From IMG/VR virus record IMGVR_UViG_3300028906_000004, positions 759 through 64,758 of that record: 64,000 nucleotides of DNA; one strand, given 5' to 3'. The stretch comes from a virus (lineage: Duplodnaviria; Caudoviricetes). The notes beneath the pieces are model-generated. The model made no database searches and had not been told where the DNA came from. It worked only from the letters and a program-made list of their open reading frames with translations. Both the position numbers and the translations under genes were made by a program. Positions 56,264-64,000 of the stretch are shown piece by piece (position 1 is the first letter of the stretch; every line of letters starts with the position of its first letter).

Positions 56264-56677
56264 ATGTTCAATTACTCACGAGCGCAAATTACCGCCAACT
56301 CTATGATACAGAAGTACGGTATGCCGTGTGTGTTGAGGAGAGCGAGCGGAGACAGGCCTTGTACTGCTGCAATAAGTGAGTTCACGGCGATGGAGCGGTT
56401 GGGGAAGGTAGTCAATCCGCTCGATAGAAAGGCGTTGGTGTCGGCGCTTGATCCGAGCGGTGCGGCAATAGTGCCGCCGTCGTTCTCGTCTCCTGCGGAT
56501 AGCTTGATAACGTTCATACCGACGCCTGGACAGCAGAACAGCTGGAATGGGGCAGAATGGGTTGATCCTAATGGAAACGCTCTGGTGCAGGATCAGGTGC
56601 TGCGCATCAATGAGCCGCCTACTTCAATAGGCCCAGCCGACACGCCGATATTTTATAGATTGATGGTTCGTCGATGA
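56264..56677 (+). CDS. head closure/stopper protein
   Basis: Gene order; MFNYSRAQITANSMIQKYG. Confidence 0.65.
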   Translation: MFNYSRAQITANSMIQKYGMPCVLRRASGDRPCTAAISEFTAMERLGKVVNPLDRKALVSALDPSGAAIVPPSFSSPADSLITFIPTPGQQNSWNGAEWVDPNGNALVQDQVLRINEPPTSIGPADTPIFYRLMVRR

Positions 56678-57180
56678 GCAATGGCGTCGATACCAGGGAA
56701 CTGATCCTTGAGCGGTTGGCGGTGCTGCTTGGAGAGGTAAGTGGAATACAGAGTACGTGGCGCAATCGGGGAGACTTGACGGATATCGAGCGGCCGGCAG
56801 CGATTGTGTTGGACGGACGGGAAAGGCTGAGAAACCCTGTCGAGGACGTGTATAAACTGAAAACGGTAAAGATGCCTACGGCTATCTTTACGCTTGAGCC
56901 CCAGATATTCGTGGCTCTACAGATGCGCGATGACGTTACCAATCTGACGGTTAATCAGGTGTCTGACCCTGTCGGGCCTGAACTGTCGATGTGGCGGATG
57001 CTGGTGAAGGACGCGGTAATCAATGACTCCGTGCTGCTCGATTTGGTAACCGTCAACGGGCAGATAATCTATAAGGGCTGCGATACCGATATGCAGACGG
57101 GGAGCATGATTGGTGCGTTGGGGGCCGAGATGCAGTTCTTCTTCGAGTTCTGCTACGTACTGTTTCCGTCGCAGGGATAA
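56674..57180 (+). CDS. tail terminator-like protein
   Basis: DTRELILERLAVLL; position before the tail tube gene. Confidence 0.65.
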   Translation: MSNGVDTRELILERLAVLLGEVSGIQSTWRNRGDLTDIERPAAIVLDGRERLRNPVEDVYKLKTVKMPTAIFTLEPQIFVALQMRDDVTNLTVNQVSDPVGPELSMWRMLVKDAVINDSVLLDLVTVNGQIIYKGCDTDMQTGSMIGALGAEMQFFFEFCYVLFPSQG

Positions 57181-57229
57181 ACGTTCCAAACAGTTCCAAA
57201 AAAGAGGTGCCGAATGAAGGAGAACTGAT

Positions 57230-57781
57230 ATGCCTACTGTTGCACCGCACTCAACCTCGCCCAACATCGGCAACCTTGTCGTCGGGCGTGGGTTCATGTC
57301 GATCCAGCTGGAGACTGACTTGGCTCCGGTGGATTGCGGAAACGTCACTGAGTTCAAGTTCCAAGTGAAGCCTACGTTGCTGGAGCACTACTCTTCGCGA
57401 GAAGGCGTGCAGACTAAAGATTTGGTCGTTGTCACTCGTCTGGCCGCTACTCTGTCGGTGAAGATGGAGGAAATGACGGCGCGCAATATGGCATTCGCGC
57501 TGCTGGCAACGCCGCAGAACAAAGTGGGGGGATCGTACACTCTCGACGCGCTGACGAACCCGCTGTTCTACGCTTCCGTCTTTTTTACGGCGACGAACGT
57601 CGTCGGGCCGCAGTGGGCGCTAAATGTTCCCTTGGTTATCATCTCGCCGACGACGACGACCGAGCTGATAGCGGCGGGATCGGGGACTTGGGGCACCATA
57701 GAACTGCAAATGGATGTCCTAAAAGACCCGCATTCCGGGAACTTTATAGTTGCAACGGCGTCGGATATCAACTCCCCGTAG
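57230..57781 (+). CDS. major tail tube protein
   Basis: NLVVGRG...DCGNVTEFKF...LEHYSSREG...KDL...MEEMTARN. Confidence 0.8.
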   Translation: MPTVAPHSTSPNIGNLVVGRGFMSIQLETDLAPVDCGNVTEFKFQVKPTLLEHYSSREGVQTKDLVVVTRLAATLSVKMEEMTARNMAFALLATPQNKVGGSYTLDALTNPLFYASVFFTATNVVGPQWALNVPLVIISPTTTTELIAAGSGTWGTIELQMDVLKDPHSGNFIVATASDINSP

Positions 57782-58379
57782 AGTAACGTTTACGCTGATG
57801 CTCTCGGTTCGGTGGGCGTTTATTGTGCTCTTGTTGTGAGCGCGTAGCCCACCGAACATTTTCAGGTTCATAGTTTCCGTCGTTATCGGGGTATCGGTCT
57901 AAGGTATGCTGAGGCGATGGTTTTCTGCCAACGTATGCGAGGAATGTTTCATAGCTCGTGCGCCACTCTTCGCATACACGTATTCCACGTCCGCCGTAGT
58001 ATTTATAGTAGTGAGTGTTGGGATTTTCACACCGCGTTATCATAGACCTCCAAGCAATATACTCTGTTGTCTCTTTTCCATTTCCTCCCTCTCCATGAGT
58101 CTTATTCCTTTTGCCAGAGGCTTCAACTCTCCAACAACCACAACTTTGGTTAGTTCCAGGTCTTAGGTTGGTAATGAAAACTATGCATCGTTGTCCGCAA
58201 ACACACTCACAAAGCAGGCGCCTAAGCATATACCCTTTAGGCATACGCTTGCGTCTAACTTCACCAATTACGGTTAAGCGATCGAAGACTCTGCCAATGT
58301 AGTTGGCTAAAGGTTTGCCGGTTTGCGGATGCTTGATTGGCTTGGTCGAATAGGTAATATCTTTACCAGCCTTGGGCAT
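57768..58379 (-). CDS. HNH homing endonuclease, antisense in the tail operon
   Basis: GRVFDRLTV, LCECVCG, QSCGC, YIAWRSMITRC, YGGRGIRVCEEW, TLDRYPDNDGNYEPENVRWAT. Confidence 0.9.
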   Translation of the reverse strand: MPKAGKDITYSTKPIKHPQTGKPLANYIGRVFDRLTVIGEVRRKRMPKGYMLRRLLCECVCGQRCIVFITNLRPGTNQSCGCWRVEASGKRNKTHGEGGNGKETTEYIAWRSMITRCENPNTHYYKYYGGRGIRVCEEWRTSYETFLAYVGRKPSPQHTLDRYPDNDGNYEPENVRWATRSQQEHNKRPPNREHQRKRYSTGS

Positions 58380-58473
58380 GGGTGCCTCCTTGCCAGGGGT
58401 TAGGGCTGCCGAGGCGTTAGAGCGTCTCGACGGCCCGTACTTTACCAGAGAGGCGTGAAGGGTTCAAGTTCCA

Positions 58474-58968
58474 ATGCCTGCACTTAGTCTGTTGGATATC
58501 GCGCCGCGTATTGAAACGGTGAGCATCGGAGGCGATGACACGGTGGAGGTGCGCGGCGTTTCCGCGAAGAGCATAGCCATGCTGCTGGGGCGATTCCCTG
58601 AGCTGGCGAGGCTCGTGAGCGGTGTTGCGCCGACACCCGAGCAGTGGAAGGAAGTAGGCCCGGCAGCGTTGAACGCCATTGTAGCGTGCGCGTTGGGCCT
58701 CCCTGGAGACAAAGAGGCAGAGCTGCGCGTCGAGAATCTGTCGCTCGAAGCGACAATGGACATTCTGACGACGTGCGGGAGGCTCACCTTCCCAGGAGGT
58801 GTCGGCCCTTTCGTCGCTCGGTTAACGGCGTTGACACCGACCATGCCGCCGCCGCCAACCAAGGCTCAGCCTACCAACTCGCACGCGCCCTCGTCTTCCT
58901 TGAATGTGACAGATACCCAAGCGTCTGGGAGCTTACTCCCCGAGCAATCTCCGCAATCTGCTTCCTGA
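58474..58968 (+). CDS. tail assembly chaperone (gpG-like)
   Basis: Position between tail tube and tape measure; VEVRGVS...LLGRFPEL...TFPGGVGPF. Confidence 0.8.
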   Translation: MPALSLLDIAPRIETVSIGGDDTVEVRGVSAKSIAMLLGRFPELARLVSGVAPTPEQWKEVGPAALNAIVACALGLPGDKEAELRVENLSLEATMDILTTCGRLTFPGGVGPFVARLTALTPTMPPPPTKAQPTNSHAPSSSLNVTDTQASGSLLPEQSPQSAS

Positions 58969-59093
58969 GAGCCAAGGAAAAGAAGCGGGAATTTAGAGAT
59001 AATCTGTGGTTGACAGCTACGGCCAATAGTCAAAATTCGGAAGCCATAAACAAGCATCTTGAGAAATGGAAACTGGAGCTTGAAAGTTGGTAG
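58806..59093 (+). CDS. gpGT-like extension reached by a -1 frameshift at C-CCT-TTC
   Basis: In-frame X XXY YYZ heptamer at 58806-58812; the -1 frame stays open to 59093 (LARALVFLEC...VWELTPRAI). Confidence 0.6.
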   Translation, partial: PFRRSVNGVDTDHAAAANQGSAYQLARALVFLECDRYPSVWELTPRAISAICFLRAKEKKREFRDNLWLTATANSQNSEAINKHLEKWKLELESW

Positions 59094-59635
59094 CTATACG
59101 CATCTACGGCCAAGGTGGGGAGCGCGTCGGTGCGCTCTTTCAGAGAAATGTGTCCAGACAGGCTCAACGAGTCCGCGATGCCGCACGAGGTGCTGCAGAA
59201 GACGCTGCAAAACAGATTGAAGTCCTTGGTTCGGCAGACATTGCCTCGTCTGGCAACTTCGGCCCGTCATGGACGACGGGACTGCACGCGCGAGTCTCGC
59301 AGGGCGGAGGCTCAATCCGAATTGACGTGACGCACGACATTCCTATTGCTCCTGTCTTCATGAAGACGACAACTATAAACGGGAAGCCGCTTCTTTTTAT
59401 ACCGCTTAGCTACACAGGATTGAAGGTGAGAGCTAGGGACTATGGAGGCGCTCTTTTTAGGACTACTCGCAAAAGCGACGGACTGATTCTGTTGGGGGAT
59501 GTTGACACTAAGAAGATGATATATTTCGGTAAGCCGCAAATTACAATTCCTCGCAAGTGGAGCACACTACAAATTATTAGACAGGCAGCCAGTGATATGG
59601 CTGCGTTTTACCGTGCTCGTTTCAGGAGTTCCTGA
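59087..59635 (+). CDS. tail completion / neck protein
   Basis: GADIASSGNFGPSW, TINGKPLLFIP, YFGKPQITIPRKW. Confidence 0.6.
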   Translation: MVAIRIYGQGGERVGALFQRNVSRQAQRVRDAARGAAEDAAKQIEVLGSADIASSGNFGPSWTTGLHARVSQGGGSIRIDVTHDIPIAPVFMKTTTINGKPLLFIPLSYTGLKVRARDYGGALFRTTRKSDGLILLGDVDTKKMIYFGKPQITIPRKWSTLQIIRQAASDMAAFYRARFRSS

Positions 59636-59844
59636 TGCACTGTACTTATTGCGGTTCTAATCTTCACAGTTATGCTTGTTGCCCTAAGACCTATTCTGGG
59701 TCAATGCGACGGCTGCTTTTAAGATGTGTCTACTGCGGGGGAACTGACCATAACATCAACGCCTGCCCAAAGACTTGGAGCGGTAGTGCGTCTAGGTCTT
59801 TCCACCCAGACACTGTTGCTGATCATTTCGTCAAGGATAAATAA
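59635..59844 (+). CDS. tandem CCHC zinc-knuckle microprotein
   Basis: CTYCGSNLHSYACC and CVYCGGTDHNINAC, each C-x2-C-x4-H-x4-C followed by PKT(Y/W)SGS. Confidence 0.75.
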   Translation: MHCTYCGSNLHSYACCPKTYSGSMRRLLLRCVYCGGTDHNINACPKTWSGSASRSFHPDTVADHFVKDK

Positions 59845-62800
59845 ATGGCTGACCCGGAAGTCATTATCCAAAAAATCTCGCTGGAGGGCCAAGCAGAAGT
59901 TATTGCTGCCCTGACCGAGCTTGGGCGAGCTGGTGCCGAGGCGCTCAAGCAGTTGGAGGAAGGCGGAGCCAGCCTCAGCAAGGTGTTCCTGGAGATTACG
60001 GCAGGAATTGCCGGCGTCACTCTAGCCATGAGTGCGTGGGCTAAAGTCAGCAGTGACAACGTCGTCGAGATGGAGAACCTGGCCAAGCAGGCCGGGATTA
60101 CCGTCGAGCAGATGACAACGCTGCGCGGATCATTTGCTACCTTCGGCGTGAGCGGCGAGCAACTATCGTCGTCATTCCGCCGCATGTCCTCGATTATTGA
60201 GCGCGAGTGGGAGTCGATAAAAAAAAGCACTCGTGACGCCGTTGACACGGCAACGAATGATCAGCTCAAGCTGCAATCGTCGATCCTAGGCGTAACATCG
60301 GCACAGGTAGCGGCAAGGAATGCCGCTGAAGCTCTACAGAGAGCGCGCGGTATAGAGCCGTTCGTTGATACTGATCCCGAATTGCAAGCGCAGCGCAAGC
60401 TGCAGGATGCCTCTTCCGCGTACCTGGAGGCGCAGCAGAAGCTCAAGGAAGCGCAGCAAGCCCGTGCGGAGGCCGCGAAGAAGGCCTGGGAAGACGAGAG
60501 GAACAGCATCCGGGCAGTAAGTGAGGCCGTCAATGGTTTAGTGACGGGAACAATGTCCTGGAGCGAGGCAGGGCAGAGAGCTGAACTGTCGATACAGAAC
60601 ATAATCAAGGGACTGATAGCGGGAACACCTGGGGCGAAGGAGGCTCTGGAAGGATTTAAGGGAGGCCTCACCGACATCGCAACGGCGGCTCCGACCGTGT
60701 ACCCGGTGCTTACGCGAGTCATGGATCTGTTCCATAACCTAGACGACAATGTCACCAAGGCGGCGCTGTCTCAGCAACTGTTCGGCCGGCAGTACTCGCA
60801 AGCCGTTATCAACGCTTTCTCTCAGGGCAGTGCTGCTTTCGAGGCGGAAATGGCCCGTCTCAAGGCTTTAGGTTTCAGCTATGCCGGGGTAGCGGAAGCT
60901 GCGGAAAAGTTCGAGCACGCCACCAACAGCCTGTACGACCGCCTGCGCACGATATCCTCGCAGATAGCATTGTCGTTCGCTCCCAGCTTCACCAAAGGAA
61001 TTGAAGAGTTCACTCACTGGGTAGAGGAGAACCGAGCCAAGATTGTCGAGTGGGGATCGGCAATATCCGGCATCATCGTCGAGACGTTGAAGTCTCTGGG
61101 ATCGGCTCTCGTCGGCATCGGAAGCACGATTAATGCTCTTGGCATCCTGCTTAATCCTGTTGCTGCAGCTTTCAACAATGTGTTTGGAACTCAAGTTACC
61201 GGTAGCGTTCTTGCCGTCAGCGCAGCGATTGGAGCACTGACGGCAGCACTATTCGGACTGACTGGGCCTCTGACGGCGATAGCAGCGATAGCCATAGTCC
61301 CGGTGCTAGGTCACATCCTGGACAGCATCTCCAAGCTGGTGACGGTGACGGGGTTGTGGTCGCTGTCTCTCAAGGATTTGGCCGACCATGCCGAAGTCAA
61401 CAAGCAGAGGCTTGCCGGCATTTTCGGCTTAGGCGGCATCAGCGCCGAGGAAGCGATAAGGCAGCACAAGGAGATAGAGGACTCCTACTTTAGGAAATGG
61501 GACGAGATTGTCAAGAAGTCGGAAGAGGCCAACAAGAAGCAGCAGGATCACTCCAAGGATACTGCCGACAGTCAAATCTCAGATATGGAGCGGGTAAAGT
61601 CCGCATCAGTATCCCACACTGAGTCTAGGAAGTTCGACGAGTACGGAGAGAAGACAGTTGGTGGGGAAGGAGTATCGGCTCCTCTAACCCTAACACAGGG
61701 GTTTGGACCTTCCGGTTCTACTCCTGATAAAGTAGTCAGTGCGGCTGACAAGCAAATGGCTGCTGCCAATAAGCAGCTAGAAGCAGCTAATAAACATGCC
61801 GCAACAGTGGACATTGCCGGGCAGAAAACCGCAGTTGGTACCGGAGGCATCAATGTCGCCGATGTACTGAAGGAGCGTGACAAGAATATAGCAGAGGCTG
61901 CTTTTCACGGAGAGAACCTTGAGGGAGTTCCTACCTCAAAACGCTCTCCAACGGAAGCAGAACCTGCATTGGGCTCGGGAAGCGGACTCGTAGTTGGTGG
62001 AGCAGTTACCAGTGGGTTGCTGCTCTACGGATTGCTTCAGCGAGTAAGAGCAGCCGCTGCCGCAAGAAGATCGGCAAGTCTTCCGGCAGAGGAAGGAGGC
62101 CGTCCGTTCTCGGCTGAAGTAACTCCTGAAGCTCCTACTACACCTGCAGCTGAGTCTGCTCCCGCTGCTGAACCTGCGCCATCCGTCCCCGCTACAGGAG
62201 CGTTTCAGGGGGCCAATGGACGGTGGCAGTTCAGGACAGAAGGAGGTGGAGTACGCTTCGCTACCAGGGCAGAGATAGCCCTGGCTCAGCCGGGAGTACG
62301 CACCAGTGGCCGCGCAGCGGCATTCGAGGCAGGAACCTACCCGCCGGCTCCAGAAACCGCAGTGCCTCCTCCGCTGGAGCAGCCTGCCGTATTTCCGAGG
62401 GAAAGTGCGGGCACTCAGGCATCAGGACTGCAGGCTGGAAGAGAGGCAGCGGCTTTTGGCGGATTGGGTGAAGTCATCGGCAAGAACGTGGCGCTGGCAC
62501 TTGTGCCGTTGCTGACGTCGCCGCAGCCGAAGCAAGCACCGGACGAAGGAAAAGGAGCACCGCCAAGCTTCTTTGGGGCAGGGGCTCCGGGAGGGATAGT
62601 CAATAGCTTCATCGACCTGATGCAGAAGCTATCGTCCTTCGGCACCAAGGGAGAGATTGCTCCCCAGGAGTCCACTCAACAGCAGACTGTGTCTGATAGA
62701 CTCTCTAATTTCGGCCAGAGCCTGATAACGGCGTCAGACGCTATCGTTCAGTTCGTTAACTCTTTGACCTCTACACCACAGCCGCAGCAGAAAGCGGAAG

Positions 62801-63201
62801 GCGGCATAGTCGGAGGGCATGGTTCGGGTGATACCGTGCCGGCGATGTTGACGCCTGGCGAGGGCGTTATCCGCAAGGACGGCAGCAACCTTGGTGAAAT
62901 GGTGATGCACTTTGCGTCGCAGGGAATGTCCATGGGCGGCGTCGTCAAGCGATTTGCCGAAGGGGGCCTTGTCGGACTGCAGACGCAAATGGTGCGAGGC
63001 TACGCAGGCGGAGGTACGGTGTCGGCGGCAGTCCCGTCCGTGGCAATGCAGGGGAGCGACAGCATGCATACCATTGACTTCCAGATAAACGGCCAGCCGG
63101 CGGCAACGGTGAAGGTAGCTGGAGTGATTAGGGACATCGCCCAGCATTCGGCTCGCCAGCAGTACGGCCGCACCGGGCCTTCCCCTCCGTGGAAGGGATA
63201 A
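59845..63201 (+). CDS. tape measure protein
   Basis: 1118 aa; helical Ala-rich N-terminal half; C-terminal AEGGIVGGHGSGDTVPAMLTPGEGVI and FAEGGLV motifs. Confidence 0.85.
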   Translation: MADPEVIIQKISLEGQAEVIAALTELGRAGAEALKQLEEGGASLSKVFLEITAGIAGVTLAMSAWAKVSSDNVVEMENLAKQAGITVEQMTTLRGSFATFGVSGEQLSSSFRRMSSIIEREWESIKKSTRDAVDTATNDQLKLQSSILGVTSAQVAARNAAEALQRARGIEPFVDTDPELQAQRKLQDASSAYLEAQQKLKEAQQARAEAAKKAWEDERNSIRAVSEAVNGLVTGTMSWSEAGQRAELSIQNIIKGLIAGTPGAKEALEGFKGGLTDIATAAPTVYPVLTRVMDLFHNLDDNVTKAALSQQLFGRQYSQAVINAFSQGSAAFEAEMARLKALGFSYAGVAEAAEKFEHATNSLYDRLRTISSQIALSFAPSFTKGIEEFTHWVEENRAKIVEWGSAISGIIVETLKSLGSALVGIGSTINALGILLNPVAAAFNNVFGTQVTGSVLAVSAAIGALTAALFGLTGPLTAIAAIAIVPVLGHILDSISKLVTVTGLWSLSLKDLADHAEVNKQRLAGIFGLGGISAEEAIRQHKEIEDSYFRKWDEIVKKSEEANKKQQDHSKDTADSQISDMERVKSASVSHTESRKFDEYGEKTVGGEGVSAPLTLTQGFGPSGSTPDKVVSAADKQMAAANKQLEAANKHAATVDIAGQKTAVGTGGINVADVLKERDKNIAEAAFHGENLEGVPTSKRSPTEAEPALGSGSGLVVGGAVTSGLLLYGLLQRVRAAAAARRSASLPAEEGGRPFSAEVTPEAPTTPAAESAPAAEPAPSVPATGAFQGANGRWQFRTEGGGVRFATRAEIALAQPGVRTSGRAAAFEAGTYPPAPETAVPPPLEQPAVFPRESAGTQASGLQAGREAAAFGGLGEVIGKNVALALVPLLTSPQPKQAPDEGKGAPPSFFGAGAPGGIVNSFIDLMQKLSSFGTKGEIAPQESTQQQTVSDRLSNFGQSLITASDAIVQFVNSLTSTPQPQQKAEGGIVGGHGSGDTVPAMLTPGEGVIRKDGSNLGEMVMHFASQGMSMGGVVKRFAEGGLVGLQTQMVRGYAGGGTVSAAVPSVAMQGSDSMHTIDFQINGQPAATVKVAGVIRDIAQHSARQQYGRTGPSPPWKG

Positions 63202-63204
63202 CAG

Positions 63205-63636
63205 ATGCCAATCCCGACTACGCTGCTCACCATTAGCGTGCTTGGCGTGCCGATTTACTCGGCGCGGGGAGTGACGCAGACACTAGATATTATTGAGGCC
63301 GCATCAGTGCAGCGGCGCACCGTGAACGGTGACCTGATAGACCTCAGCTATGCTCCGTTTAGGAAATACAAGACTACAATCACTTGCACCGACCAGCGTT
63401 CTCCGTCAACTGATAGCATATTTCCTGGACTTGTAGTTCAGATAGGATGCGTGGCCGAGCTTGGGTTTCCGGTAGGAGGAACGCCTAACCGTCCCGTCGT
63501 TCCTGGCAGTGAATACACTGAGGCAAACTTTACTTACTACAGGCCGCTGCTGACGATGATGATTAAGAGCCCAGGCATTCAGAAGGTTGAATGGCAAGGC
63601 TCCGTAGGCTGGACTCTTCCAGCTGAAGAGGTCTGA
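63205..63636 (+). CDS. distal tail / minor tail protein
   Basis: SARGVTQTL...RRTVNGDLIDLS...FRKYKTTITCTDQ; follows the TMP. Confidence 0.7.
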   Translation: MPIPTTLLTISVLGVPIYSARGVTQTLDIIEAASVQRRTVNGDLIDLSYAPFRKYKTTITCTDQRSPSTDSIFPGLVVQIGCVAELGFPVGGTPNRPVVPGSEYTEANFTYYRPLLTMMIKSPGIQKVEWQGSVGWTLPAEEV

Positions 63637-63640
63637 GAAA

Positions 63641-64000
63641 ATGTCGGTATTTTACTCAGCATGGGTAGACGCTACTGACACCGTATGGAACTCATCTTTC
63701 CAGCGTGAAGACCTCGATATTACAAGTCTGGAAATCGAACATCTGGAAGGACAGTGCCCGACACTGCAGCTGGAGATACGCAATCCCTACGTCGGCCTGC
63801 TAAATCTTGGGCATAAGCAGTGGCTCTGGCTGTCGTGGCAAGACCCTACCGGACACGTCTGGCCGCTGATATTTGCGCGGCTGGTGGCAGTGCCGGGAAA
63901 TATCTTCGGCGAAGTGGTGACGCTGCACTTCATCGCGCAGCCGACAGACTTCTACTTTCAGAAGCAGGCAGTAGCTGAAGCGCTGAAAAAGAGGCCTAAT
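63641..64000 (+). CDS. tail hub/baseplate protein (truncated by the window edge)
   Basis: MSVFYSAWVD...EHLEGQCPTLQLEIRNPYVGLL...; frame open to the end of the window. Confidence 0.65.
   Translation, partial: MSVFYSAWVDATDTVWNSSFQREDLDITSLEIEHLEGQCPTLQLEIRNPYVGLLNLGHKQWLWLSWQDPTGHVWPLIFARLVAVPGNIFGEVVTLHFIAQPTDFYFQKQAVAEALKKRPN

Noticed and set aside
51545-57200. Alphaproteobacterial LexA boxes (GTTC-N7-GTTC) at the paired GTTCCAAA sites
   Set aside because: Spacers are 8 nt (51545/51557) and 6 nt (57183/57193), not 7.

Overview
The whole window is a single tailed-phage or prophage genome segment. The probable host is an alphaproteobacterium (Rhizobiales-like), inferred from an Omp25/31-type porin, a DUF3309 protein and GcrA-like HTH genes. 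Layout: (1) 0.3-12.5 kb, + strand accessory, membrane and lysis-like genes, including a complete IS1595-family element (22-bp TIRs, 8-bp TSD) with a passenger adenine methyltransferase, a PAPS-reductase-like gene, Lar, an outer-membrane porin and a frameshifted GIY-YIG endonuclease; (2) 12.5-33.5 kb, replication, recombination and modification genes (SNF2 helicase, VRR-NUC, DUF669-like SSB, AAA ATPase, PD-(D/E)XK nuclease, UDG-PolA fusion, two more MTases, primase-helicase followed by an iteron/cruciform origin candidate, UvrD); (3) 33.6-64 kb, a late operon starting with a NusG paralogue and a highly structured leader, then terminase, portal, MuF, DUF2213 protease, decoration protein, DUF2184 capsid and siphovirus-like tail genes, interrupted by an antisense cassette ending in ardC. 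The most striking feature is that portal, MuF and protease are enlarged, polyprotein-like chains. Their cargo domains (Acb1-like 2H phosphoesterase, ART-like, zincin-like, ParB-like, HDxxGH domain, Zn ribbons, DUF6582-like) are bounded by Asp|small-residue junctions and often begin with a recurring DPxEPRDxxGxWxSG peptide, suggesting protease-released, capsid-packaged anti-defence effectors. A sense-strand GTTCCAAA motif recurs just upstream of many genes. No integrase, endolysin, tRNA or CRISPR array was recognised. Family names come from motif recognition only; no searches were run.
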